Assembly: GCA_001464915.1 (NCBI GenBank)
Contig: LNED01000043.1
Coordinates: forward strand, 42,469 to 106,468
Direction: 5' to 3'
Length of the DNA stretch: 64,000 nucleotides
From: Sphingomonadales bacterium Ga0077531
Lineage (GTDB): Bacteria; Pseudomonadota; Alphaproteobacteria; Sphingomonadales; Sphingomonadaceae
Shown here: one piece after another, positions 41,182 to 50,014 of the stretch
Layout: every line of letters starts with the position of its first letter
How positions within the stretch are numbered: the stretch's first letter is position 1
Program-made: the position numbers and the translations under genes
Notes under the pieces: generated by a model
The model's input: only the letters and a program-made list of their open reading frames with translations
Told to the model about the DNA's origin: nothing
The model's database searches: none

Positions 41182-42381
41182 TCAAGAATCCCTCCACTCG
41201 CGCAGCATGTGCTTGGCGATCTGGAGTTGCAGGATCTGCGTCGTGCCTTCGTAGATGCGGTAGATGCGGGCATCGCGGAAGAACCGTTCGGCATCGTATT
41301 CCGCGAGGTAGCCCGCGCCGCCGTAGATCTGCACCACCCGGTCAACCACCCGGCCGCACATTTCGGAGGCGAAGACCTTGAACGCGGCGGCTTTGACCAG
41401 AATGTTCTCGCCCGCATCGGCGCGCGCGGTGACGTCTTTCATCATCGCCTCGGCGGCGTAGATTTCAATCTCGCTATCGGCGAGCATCTGCTGGATCAGC
41501 TGAAAATTGGCGATCGGTTCGCCAAACGCCTTGCGTTCATTGGCATAGCGCAGCGCGGAGTCCAACGCGCGGCGGGCATAGCCGGTCGATGCTGCGCCCA
41601 CCGAAATGCGGCCATTGTCGAGGCTCTTCATCGCAAAGACAAAGCCCTTACCAGTCTCCTCGCCCAGCAGCGCATTGCCCGGCACGCGCACATCATCCAG
41701 CATGATGTCGGAGATATGCGACCCAGCCTGCCCCATCTTCTTGTCGGGCGATCCGCGCGAGATTCCCGGTGTGTTCATCGGCACAATGAAGGCGGAAACG
41801 TGCGCGTTTTTGGGCAGCGCCTCCTTGCTGGTGCGCGCCATGATCAGCGCGACATCGGCGTGGGGGGCGTTGGTGATGTAGCGTTTGGTGCCGTTCAAAA
41901 TCCAGCCATTGCCATCGGGATCAGGCGTCGCAATCGTCTGCATCGCGGCGGAATCGCTGCCTGAACCCGGCTCGGTCAGCCCGAAACAGGCGATCCGGCC
42001 TTCGACCAGCTTGGGAAACCATTCGGCGCGCTGCGCTTCGGTTGCGCCGTTTTTCAGCGCGCTGGCAAACATCCCGACATTGATCGAAAAGATCGATCGG
42101 AACGCGGGCGCGGCGTAGCTCATGATGTTCACCACGCGGGCATATTGCGTCATGTTCAGCCCTGCGCCGCCGTAGCGTTCGGGCACCGAAATCCCGAATA
42201 GGCCCATCTCGCGCATTTCGTTGAGGATGTCGTCAGGCACGCGGTCGTTGGCGATCACATCGGGCTCTGCCGGGATCAGCCGTTCACGGACATAGCGGGT
42301 CAGCTGCTCGGCGAATTGCTCGAACACGTCCTCGTCCATGCCGGGGTTGCGGGGTGAGGCGATCGTGGCGGGGGCATTCAT
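41182..42381 (-). CDS. acyl-CoA dehydrogenase
   Basis: ATG at 42381. ACAD N/M/C domains (CFGLTEPGSGSD, IYEGTTQI). Confidence 0.92.
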   Translation of the reverse strand: MNAPATIASPRNPGMDEDVFEQFAEQLTRYVRERLIPAEPDVIANDRVPDDILNEMREMGLFGISVPERYGGAGLNMTQYARVVNIMSYAAPAFRSIFSINVGMFASALKNGATEAQRAEWFPKLVEGRIACFGLTEPGSGSDSAAMQTIATPDPDGNGWILNGTKRYITNAPHADVALIMARTSKEALPKNAHVSAFIVPMNTPGISRGSPDKKMGQAGSHISDIMLDDVRVPGNALLGEETGKGFVFAMKSLDNGRISVGAASTGYARRALDSALRYANERKAFGEPIANFQLIQQMLADSEIEIYAAEAMMKDVTARADAGENILVKAAAFKVFASEMCGRVVDRVVQIYGGAGYLAEYDAERFFRDARIYRIYEGTTQILQLQIAKHMLREWRDS

Positions 42382-42450
42382 GGTCGTGTTCGTCCTTGGG
42401 CGGCGGCGCGCGCTCAGCAGCGGCGCCAAATCGTTTCAAAAGGGCGCGGC

Positions 42451-42675
42451 CTATTCGCCGCTCGGCTGGGCGGTGTCGACTGTCATTTCTTGCGGCGCAG
42501 GTGCACCAGCTTCTGGGGGTAGCGCTTCGGGCGGCAGGCGGCGCTGATCGAGCATCGCGGCTGCCGCCTCCAGCGCCTTGGCCTCGCCCTCGCTGACCGC
42601 GCCCGGCGCGCGCACCTGTTCCTCGCCGCAACCGGCAAGGGTAAGCGCGAGACCGGTCGCAATCAGCAGGCGCAT
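42451..42675 (-). CDS. small Pro/Ala/Glu-rich lipoprotein
   Basis: 74 aa, lipobox LTLAGCG, low-complexity mature part. Confidence 0.55.
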   Translation of the reverse strand: MRLLIATGLALTLAGCGEEQVRAPGAVSEGEAKALEAAAAMLDQRRLPPEALPPEAGAPAPQEMTVDTAQPSGE

Positions 42676-42686
42676 CGCCAGCCTGC

Positions 42687-42992
42687 TTATTGGCTGGGTT
42701 CGTCGGCGGAGCCGGCCGCTTCGGCAGCCTTGGCCGCTTCGCTGGCAACATCAGCCGCAGCGTCGGCGGCTTCTTCGGCGCCGGCTTCGGCAGCAGCATC
42801 GGTTTCCGGCGCGTCGGCTGCGCCGGCAGCCGGATCGGCGACCGGCTCTTCGGTAATCGGCGCAAGCGCGGTGTCAGCGGGCATTTCCACGGTGTCGGCG
42901 CTCGCTTCGGTCGAGGCATCATCGGCACTGCCGCACGCGGTCAGCAGCAACGCAGCGCCAGTCAGAGCGGCGAGCGGGGTGAAGGTCTTCAT
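42687..42992 (-). CDS. small acidic Ala/Asp/Glu-rich lipoprotein
   Basis: 101 aa, lipobox LLTACG. The mature part is almost entirely A/D/E/T/P. Confidence 0.55.
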   Translation of the reverse strand: MKTFTPLAALTGAALLLTACGSADDASTEASADTVEMPADTALAPITEEPVADPAAGAADAPETDAAAEAGAEEAADAAADVASEAAKAAEAAGSADEPSQ

Positions 42993-43123
42993 CGGTGTCT
43001 CTCCTCAGGATCACAATTGCCCGCCGGTGTAGCCAACCCGAGGGGCCAACGCCAAGTGCCAAATGGGCACACCCCCATGCACAGCAGGTGGCAGCAGCCT
43101 TAGCCGGTGATAGACCGTTGTCC

Positions 43124-44092
43124 ATGACCCAAGCCTTTACTCGCTCGCCCGGCCGCATCAGCGCAGCCGCCCTCCTCGCAGCGCTGGCGCTGACCGGCGG
43201 TGCGGTGGGCGCGCAGCCCGTGCCCGGCGCATTCACCGTGGTGGAAAGCGGGGAGGCGTTCGGCACCTTGCAGGAAGCGATCAACGCCATCGGCAACACC
43301 CGTGGCACGATCCGCATCGCGCCTGGCACCTACCGCCAATGCGGGGTGCAGGAACGCGGGGTGGTGACCTATGTCGCGGACGAACCCGGCAGCGTGATAT
43401 TCTCCGGGCGGTCGTGCGAGGGCAAGGCGGCATTGGTGCTGCGCGGCACCGGCGCCGAAGTGCGCGGGCTGACCTTCACCAATCTCGCCGTGGCGGACGG
43501 CAATGGCGCGGGCATCCGGCTGGAACAGGGCGCACTCAACGTTGCTTATGCGCGGTTCCAGAACAGCCAGCAGGGCATCCTGACCGGCAATGACCCGAAT
43601 GGCCGCATTTACATCACCCGCTCAACCTTCAGCGGGCTCGGCACGTGCGAGAACTCCGCCGGGTGCGCGCATTCGCTTTATGTGGGCGATTATGGCTCGC
43701 TCACCGTGCGCGAGACGCGGTTCGAAAAAGGCACCGGCGGGCACTATCTCAAAGCGCGCTCTGCCGAAGCGATTATCGAGAACAACAGCTTCGATGACGC
43801 CGCCGGGCGCTCCACCAATTACATGATCGATCTGCCTGCGGGCAGCACCGGGCGGATCGCGAACAACTGGTTCGTGCAAGGGCGCGACAAGGAGAATTAC
43901 TCGGCCTTCATCGCGCTGGGCGCCGAAGACCTGCTGCACGCGTCAGACGGGCTTGAGGTGGTAGGCAATGAAGCCCGCTTCGTCCCCGGCCTGCAACGCG
44001 AAACCGTGTTCTTCGCCGATTGGACCGGATCGCGGATCGTGATGCAGGGCAACAAGCTGGCGGCGGGGTTGAAGCAGTACGAGCAGCGTTAA
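43124..44092 (+). CDS. secreted right-handed parallel beta-helix repeat protein
   Basis: ATG at 43124 gives a signal peptide. Repeated G-x-x-(V/I)-x-N segments typical of pectate-lyase-fold/NosD-like proteins. Confidence 0.65.
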   Translation: MTQAFTRSPGRISAAALLAALALTGGAVGAQPVPGAFTVVESGEAFGTLQEAINAIGNTRGTIRIAPGTYRQCGVQERGVVTYVADEPGSVIFSGRSCEGKAALVLRGTGAEVRGLTFTNLAVADGNGAGIRLEQGALNVAYARFQNSQQGILTGNDPNGRIYITRSTFSGLGTCENSAGCAHSLYVGDYGSLTVRETRFEKGTGGHYLKARSAEAIIENNSFDDAAGRSTNYMIDLPAGSTGRIANNWFVQGRDKENYSAFIALGAEDLLHASDGLEVVGNEARFVPGLQRETVFFADWTGSRIVMQGNKLAAGLKQYEQR

Positions 44093-45117
44093 AGCAGCAA
44101 ATGCCCTGACCGATCCCGCTTGGTCGCCAGATAGCGGGCGTTGTGGGGGTTATCGGGGAGCTGATGCGGCACCCGTTCGCTCACCGTAATCCCTGCCGCC
44201 GATAGCGCCTCCACCTTGGCCGGATTGTTGGTCAGCAGCCGGATGTGCCGCGCGCCCAGCAGTTCGAGCATCCGTGCCGCCACCGGGAAATCGCGCGCCT
44301 CATCGGGCAGACCCAGCCGCTGGTTGGCCTCGACCGTGTCGAACCCCTGATCCTGCAAACGGTAGGCGCGCAGCTTGTTGATCAGCCCGATCCCGCGCCC
44401 TTCCTGCCGCATATATAGCAGCACGCCCCATCCGCCAGAATCGCGCGCCTCATCCGCCATCGCGTGCAGCGCGGCGTCCAATTGCGGCCCGCAATCGCAT
44501 TTGAGGCTGCCGAGAATGTCCCCGGTGAGGCATTCGGAATGGAGGCGGACGAGCGGCTGGCGGTCGCCCGATTGTGTGCCGATGATCAGCGCCACGTGTT
44601 CACGCAAGTCTGCAGCCGAACGGAAGGCGACGATTTCGGCATCCTCGCACGCACTGACCGGAAGCCGCGCGCGAGTGACTATGCGGAGCGCGCCCGCTTG
44701 CGAATAGGCGGCAAGGTCACTGACCGCGACCGGCTGCGCCTCGCCCGCGTCCACCGGATCGACCAGGAAAGCTGGCAGGATCCCGGCGATCCGCGCCAAT
44801 TCCAAAGCGGCGCGCGCGGCCTCTTCCCAATCGAGCGTCACCGCCTTGAACGGGCCTTTGAGCGGGTTACCCAGATCAAGCGCCGGATCGGCAATCGGCA
44901 GAGCATCGCGCAGGGTAAACGCTTCCCCGCCCGCAATCAGCACCGGGGCGTGCGGGACAGCAGCATCGCGCTGATTGGCGAGCTTCAACGTGGTCGCCCG
45001 CGCGGCGGAGATCAGCATTCGCGGCGCGCTCGCCCCGCTGGCGATAGCGGTTTCGACGGGAAGCAGGACTGGCCCGCCCGCAAACGCCAGCGACCAGCCG
45101 TGGCGCAGCGCATCCAC
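44089..45117 (-). CDS. ribA: GTP cyclohydrolase II with about 140-aa N-terminal extension
   Basis: C-terminal 200 aa carry the zinc motif ECLTGDILGSLKCDCG and RQEGRGIGL. The N-terminal part is not a normal RibB domain. Confidence 0.85.
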   Translation of the reverse strand: MDALRHGWSLAFAGGPVLLPVETAIASGASAPRMLISAARATTLKLANQRDAAVPHAPVLIAGGEAFTLRDALPIADPALDLGNPLKGPFKAVTLDWEEAARAALELARIAGILPAFLVDPVDAGEAQPVAVSDLAAYSQAGALRIVTRARLPVSACEDAEIVAFRSAADLREHVALIIGTQSGDRQPLVRLHSECLTGDILGSLKCDCGPQLDAALHAMADEARDSGGWGVLLYMRQEGRGIGLINKLRAYRLQDQGFDTVEANQRLGLPDEARDFPVAARMLELLGARHIRLLTNNPAKVEALSAAGITVSERVPHQLPDNPHNARYLATKRDRSGHLLL

Positions 45118-45167
45118 CGCTTGCGCAGCGCGGCGTTCAGGAGACGGGGCCGGGGATAGCGCTTCGC

Positions 45168-45956
45168 TCAGAGGTCAAACTCCGTGATCAGCGGCACGTG
45201 ATCCGATGGCTGCGTCCATCCGCGCGCGTCCTCCAGCACGCGGTGTCCGGTTGCCTGTTTGGCGAGGCTTGGCGATGCCCACATGTGATCGAGCCTGCGG
45301 CCCTTGTCATTCTCCTGCCAGCCCGGATTGCGATAGCTCCACCAGCTGTAATAGCGTTGCGGCGCAGGGACATGCTGCCGCCCAAGATCAACCCAGCCGT
45401 GGGCGTCCTGAAACCGCCCGAGTGTTTCGACCTCAATCGGCGTGTGGCTGACCACCTTGAGCAGCTGCTTGTGGCTCCACACATCGCTTTCCAAGGGCGC
45501 GATGTTGAAATCACCGACTATCAGCGTGGGGCGATCGAGCGTGTCCGCCCAGCGCGTCATCCGTTCGAGGAAATCGAGCTTCTGCCCGAATTTGGGGTTC
45601 ACTTCGCGGTCGGCCACATCGCCGCCTGCGGGGACATAGACGTTCTCGATCAGCACATCTTTGCCCAGCACTTCCACCCCGATATGGCGTGCCTCGCCAT
45701 TGGCCTGCCAATCGTGGCGGGTCACTTCGCGGATCGGAATGCGGCTGACCGTGGCGACGCCGTGATAGCCTTTCTGCCCGCTCACCGCCTGATGGGTGTA
45801 GCCCAGCCCGGCAAGCGCCTCGGCCGGGAACAGGCGGCTCTCGCACTTGATTTCCTGCAAGCACAGGATGTCGGGCGCGGCTTCGGTGAGCAGCTTTTCG
45901 ATCAGGCCGACGCGCAGGCGGGCCGAGTTGATGTTCCAGGTGGCAACAGAGATCAT
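45168..45956 (-). CDS. xthA: exodeoxyribonuclease III
   Basis: ATG at 45956. VATWNINS and SDHVPL motifs. Confidence 0.9.
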   Translation of the reverse strand: MISVATWNINSARLRVGLIEKLLTEAAPDILCLQEIKCESRLFPAEALAGLGYTHQAVSGQKGYHGVATVSRIPIREVTRHDWQANGEARHIGVEVLGKDVLIENVYVPAGGDVADREVNPKFGQKLDFLERMTRWADTLDRPTLIVGDFNIAPLESDVWSHKQLLKVVSHTPIEVETLGRFQDAHGWVDLGRQHVPAPQRYYSWWSYRNPGWQENDKGRRLDHMWASPSLAKQATGHRVLEDARGWTQPSDHVPLITEFDL

Positions 45957-46034
45957 GGGGGCGGACTTAGGGGGAGATTCCCTCGCCCTCAAGTAGCGAA
46001 GCGGTAGGGCGACTGAGACTCATCAAGTTTCCAG

Positions 46035-46052
46035 CTTTCACTTTATTGTCGC
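46035..46052 (+). promoter_or_regulatory. Pho-box-like direct repeat CTTTCAC-TTTA-TTGTCGC
   Basis: Two 7-mers at 11-bp spacing, matching CTGTCAC at 6/7 and 5/7. Lies 43 to 60 nt upstream of the alkaline phosphatase ATG. Confidence 0.45.
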
Positions 46053-46094
46053 AGACGCGCGCGATAGGGCGAGGCAACTTCACCGGAGCCTACC

Positions 46095-47477
46095 ATGACC
46101 CGCACCCTGCTCGCCGCCCTGCTGCTGTCCTCCGCTGCATTCCCCGCACTCGCTGAGGATACTCCTGCAGAGCCAAAAGCCAAGAACGTCATCCTGTTTA
46201 TCGGCGATGGCATGGGCATTTCCACCATCACCGCCGCGCGCATTTACGAAGCGCAGAAACGCGGAGAGACGGGCGAGGAGAACAGCCTGAGCTTCGAGAA
46301 ATTCGATAACGTCGCGCTGGTCAAAACCTACAACACCAACGCGCAGGTGCCCGATTCTGCGGGCACGGCGACCGCGATGCATTCAGGCAAAAAGACCCGC
46401 ATCGGGGTGCTCGGGATCGGGCCGGACGCGGAGAAAGGCGTGTGCAAGGATGCGCTCGCCCACCCGCTGCCGCTGCTGGGCGAGGAAGTGAAGCGTCGCG
46501 GGTTGGCGCTCGGCATCGTCACCACCACCCGCCTGACCCACGCCACCCCGGCAAGTGTCATCACCCGCTCGGCTGACCGCGATTGGGAAAGCGACACCAA
46601 TATCCCCGCCGACCAGCAAGCTGGCGGGTGCAAGGACATCGCGCTGCAATTCGCCGAAGGGGCATTTGACGTGGCGCTCGGCGGCGGGACGGGCATGTTC
46701 TATGGCAAGAATGGCGGCGGACGGCGCGCCGATGCGGCGGCTGATCTGCCCGCCGCGTGGGCTGCGAAGAATGGCGGCGTGGTGGTCAAGGACACCGCCG
46801 AATTGCGGGCCGCGCCGATGGACAAGCCGGTGCTCGGGCTGTTCAACCCCAGTCACATGGGTTTCATGGCCGACCGCAAGCCCGACTCGCCCGAACCGAC
46901 CCTGACCGACATGACCGCGCAGGCGATTGCGCGGTTGCAGGCTGATCCGGACGGGTTCTACCTGATGGTCGAAGGCGGGCGGATCGATCATGCCCACCAT
47001 GCGGGGCAAGCTGGCTATGCGCTCGAAGAAGCGGTGGAATTTGCCCGCGCGGTGCAGTGGGCGGTTGATCACACTGATCCCGCCAATACGCTGATCATGG
47101 TCACCGCCGATCACAGCCACGTCTTCACCATCGCGGGCTATCCGCAGCGGGGCAATGATATCCTCGGGCTGGTGGTGGCGCCTGCCGGGCGCGGTGAGGA
47201 TGGCGGCGATGGAACCTCACCCGTGCTGGCAGCCGATGGCAAACCGTACACGACGCTGGGCTATGCCAACGGCCCCGGCGCGCTGAAAGGCGAGCGTCCC
47301 GTACCCGCCCCCGGGATTAATGCGACCCAGCAGTCCACGGTGCCCACCGGGGCTGAAACCCACGCGGGCGAAGATGTCGCCCTTTTCGCCACCGGGCCCG
47401 GTGCAAATCGTGCGCGCGGCGTGATCGAGCAGAACGTGATCTACACCATCATCCGCAAGGCGCTGGGCTGGGAATAA
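46095..47477 (+). CDS. alkaline phosphatase (PhoA family), secreted
   Basis: 460 aa, signal peptide. DGMG and active-site DSAGTATAM motifs. Confidence 0.9.
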   Translation: MTRTLLAALLLSSAAFPALAEDTPAEPKAKNVILFIGDGMGISTITAARIYEAQKRGETGEENSLSFEKFDNVALVKTYNTNAQVPDSAGTATAMHSGKKTRIGVLGIGPDAEKGVCKDALAHPLPLLGEEVKRRGLALGIVTTTRLTHATPASVITRSADRDWESDTNIPADQQAGGCKDIALQFAEGAFDVALGGGTGMFYGKNGGGRRADAAADLPAAWAAKNGGVVVKDTAELRAAPMDKPVLGLFNPSHMGFMADRKPDSPEPTLTDMTAQAIARLQADPDGFYLMVEGGRIDHAHHAGQAGYALEEAVEFARAVQWAVDHTDPANTLIMVTADHSHVFTIAGYPQRGNDILGLVVAPAGRGEDGGDGTSPVLAADGKPYTTLGYANGPGALKGERPVPAPGINATQQSTVPTGAETHAGEDVALFATGPGANRARGVIEQNVIYTIIRKALGWE

Positions 47478-47620
47478 GAAGCTGGCTGGCAGCGGCGCTT
47501 CCCGCTGGTTCAGGCATCGCCGAAAAGTGCTTCGACCGAGAACCGGCGCGCAGCGCACTTAATGTGCGTGAGCACCGGAAGCGCAGGGCGGAACGCTTTG
47601 CAGGCCTGCATGAACCGGCG

Positions 47621-47664
47621 GGGAAACACAAAACCCTCGACCCGGGGGCGGTGGGTCGAGGGTT
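47621..47664 (-). terminator. intrinsic terminator on the minus strand
   Basis: 12-bp stem (47653-47664 pairs with 47632-47643), 9-nt loop. Followed on the minus strand by TTGTGTTT. Confidence 0.65.
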
Positions 47665-47760
47665 CCATGGAGCGTTCGTCACGCTTGTGCAAGACAGGCC
47701 CTTAGCGAAGGATGGGCAACAGGGGGGAAACCGTCCTTCGGCCCGTCTTGTCGAGAATGA
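47621..47760 (-). ncRNA. candidate sRNA or structured 3-prime UTR of the lolA-like gene
   Basis: Nested stems 47741-47750/47690-47699 and 47734-47740/47706-47712, with a C-rich 21-nt loop, followed by the terminator. The one non-canonical pair is G-U only in minus-strand RNA. Confidence 0.3.
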
Positions 47761-47839
47761 TTAGCCGCCAGAGCCTTTCAGCCACATGAACGCGGGTCGA
47801 TTCTTGTCGTTTCTATACAACCGTTCGTCGATGCCCTGT

Positions 47840-48508
47840 TCACCCAGGACGACGAGCTGAGCGGCGCGGATCCTTGAAAGTGAATGTGCTGTCAGCCACC
47901 GCGACGCCGTAGCGCTGGTTCGACAGCTGCACCCGGGTGCGGTGATTCTGCGCATCGAGCGCCACCCAATGGGTCAGCTGCAATCCGCCAGGTGCCGCCG
48001 GATTGCGCACGAAGATCATATTGATCATCCCGAATTCGGGCTTTTTGGGATCGCGCACTTCGACGCTGAAAACGTCCGGATTACCGGTTGGAACCAGCTT
48101 GCCGAACTTCTTCACATCGCGTTCGGGATCGAACAATGCGCCCAATGGCGAATTCTGGATCGGCCAGCGTTCGACCTGCGAAACTTCGTAATCGACCACA
48201 AACAGCGACTTGCCGTTGGAGATCACGAGGAAATCGGCATCCTTGCCGTAATCGAAGCGGATTTTGCCGGGGCGCTTCAACGTCATCACGCCGCGCACGG
48301 TGTTGCCCTGCCGGTCGGTCTGGGTGAAGTCGGCCTTCATCGTGCTGATCTGGCGCAGCGCGCCGACGACGCGGTCAAGGTCTCCTGCTGTTTGCGCAGC
48401 AAGCGGAGCGGTCAGCGAAGCAGTGCCAACCGGCGCGAGACCAAGCGCGAGTGCGCCGGCCCCAAAGCCAAGCAACATCGCGCGGGTAGTCATGGTGATG
48501 TGTTTCAT
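47840..48508 (-). CDS. LolA-like outer-membrane lipoprotein carrier protein
   Basis: ATG at 48508 (MKHITM...) with signal peptide. KADFTQT and GKIRFDY segments are typical of LolA. Confidence 0.75.
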   Translation of the reverse strand: MKHITMTTRAMLLGFGAGALALGLAPVGTASLTAPLAAQTAGDLDRVVGALRQISTMKADFTQTDRQGNTVRGVMTLKRPGKIRFDYGKDADFLVISNGKSLFVVDYEVSQVERWPIQNSPLGALFDPERDVKKFGKLVPTGNPDVFSVEVRDPKKPEFGMINMIFVRNPAAPGGLQLTHWVALDAQNHRTRVQLSNQRYGVAVADSTFTFKDPRRSARRPG

Positions 48509-48600
48509 GCCGGTGCGCCTAAGAGGGCTGGCTTGAACTGTCGATGAATTAACGCGCCCGCCCCCATACACGATGGAGCCGCCGGCGCGCAGGCCAGATC

Positions 48601-48768
48601 TTACTTGATCTTGGCTTCCTTGAATTCAACGTGCTTGCGCGCGACGGGGTCGTACTTGCGGAAGCTCATCTTCTCGGTGATGTTGCGCGGGTTCTTTTTG
48701 GTCACGTAGAAGAAGCCGGTGCCCTCGCTCGAGACGAGGCGGATCTTGACGGTGGTTGGCTTCGCCAT
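48601..48768 (-). CDS. rpmG: 50S ribosomal protein L33
   Basis: 55 aa: [55 protein letters not shown]. Confidence 0.95.
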   Translation of the reverse strand: MAKPTTVKIRLVSSEGTGFFYVTKKNPRNITEKMSFRKYDPVARKHVEFKEAKIK

Positions 48769-48921
48769 GGCGGGTTCCTGTAAACTGGGTCGGCCCGGCA
48801 AGTCCTTTGCTCGGGCGTAAAAAAGCAAATAGCGGCGCGCCCGGTAGGCCCGGCACACCGCCACATGGGCGCGCCATTCGCCGATTCACGGGGAAAAGTC
48901 AAGGCGCGGTTGGGAGGCTGC

Positions 48922-49362
48922 CTACCAATCGGAACTGCTGGGCTTGCCGCGATTGGCCTTCACGGTACCGCGCACCTTCTTGACCTTTAGCCGCTCGGTC
49001 TTGCCCACCCGGTTGAGCCGGGTTTTGGCGCGGCGCTTGGGCTCGGTCTGCGCCTCTTCCAGCAGGGCGGTTAGCTTCGCGCGCGCGTCCGTGCGATTGG
49101 CCTCCTGCGTGCGGTGCGCTTTCGAATTGATGATCAGATCGCCGTTGCCCGCCAGCTTTGATCCTGCCAGCGCCCGCAACCGCGCGAACACCGGAGGAGA
49201 CAGCCGCAGGGCGTAGATATTGACGCGCAGTTCCACCTCGGTGGCGACCTTGTTGGCGTTCTGCCCGCCGGGGCCTGAACCTGCGAGGAAGCTTTCAGCC
49301 GCCAACCGCAGCGCGCGCGCCGCTAAGGGTTCTGCGCGCGAGGATGCGGCGTCGTCATCCAT
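48922..49362 (-). CDS. arfB: alternative ribosome rescue factor ArfB (peptidyl-tRNA hydrolase, RF-1 domain)
   Basis: GGQ motif (GPGGQNANKV) and a basic C-terminal tail. ATG at 49362. Confidence 0.85.
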   Translation of the reverse strand: MDDDAASSRAEPLAARALRLAAESFLAGSGPGGQNANKVATEVELRVNIYALRLSPPVFARLRALAGSKLAGNGDLIINSKAHRTQEANRTDARAKLTALLEEAQTEPKRRAKTRLNRVGKTERLKVKKVRGTVKANRGKPSSSDW

Positions 49363-50014
49363 CTGTCGCCCCAAGTGCGCGGAAATCAGCCGGCATGGGC
49401 GCGCGCGCTTCAATAGCGGGCTTGCCCTCGCGGGTGACGGTCAGGCTTTCAGCGTGGAGCATCGTGCGCCCGGCCCCCGGCACCGATCCCGCGCCGTAAA
49501 CCGGATCGCCCAGCAAAGGCGCACCCAGTCCTTTCAACGCGTGCACCCGCAGCTGGTGCGTGCGGCCCGTTTCCGGACGAAAGCGAATCAGGCTGTGCGG
49601 GCCGAGCAACTCGACCAATTCCCAGTGCGAAATCGCCGGTTTGCCTTTTTTGGCAACGATCATCCGCCAGCCCTTTTCGGCCGAGCTGATTTTCGTCAGC
49701 GCCAGCTCAATCGTCCCCGATTCGCCTACCGGATGGCCTGCCAGCACCGCGAGATAGGTCTTGGCGACCGCGCGATCTTCAAACGCCTTGTTGAACCGCG
49801 CCAGCGCTTTGGGATTGCGCGCCAGCAGCAGGCAGCCGCTGGTATCGGTATCCAGCCGGTGCACCGCCACGGGCCGCCGCTGAAACCCGAGCTTCAGTTC
49901 ATCGAGATGATCGTCAAGGCAGGGCCCACCGCGCTTGGGTTGGTCGACCGGCAGGCCCGCAGGCTTGTCGATCACCAGCGCTTCACCGTCTTCGAATAGG
50001 ATAGGGATGTTCAT
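49355..50014 (-). CDS. RluA-family pseudouridine synthase
   Basis: 219 aa. Catalytic motif HRLDTDTSG. Confidence 0.88.
   Translation of the reverse strand: MNIPILFEDGEALVIDKPAGLPVDQPKRGGPCLDDHLDELKLGFQRRPVAVHRLDTDTSGCLLLARNPKALARFNKAFEDRAVAKTYLAVLAGHPVGESGTIELALTKISSAEKGWRMIVAKKGKPAISHWELVELLGPHSLIRFRPETGRTHQLRVHALKGLGAPLLGDPVYGAGSVPGAGRTMLHAESLTVTREGKPAIEARAPMPADFRALGATDG

Noticed and set aside
47510-47764. Small ORFs 47510..47692 (-) and 47564..47764 (+) in the phosphatase/lolA gap
   Set aside because: They have no SD, no third-position G/C bias and implausible composition. The region is better explained by RNA structure and a terminator.
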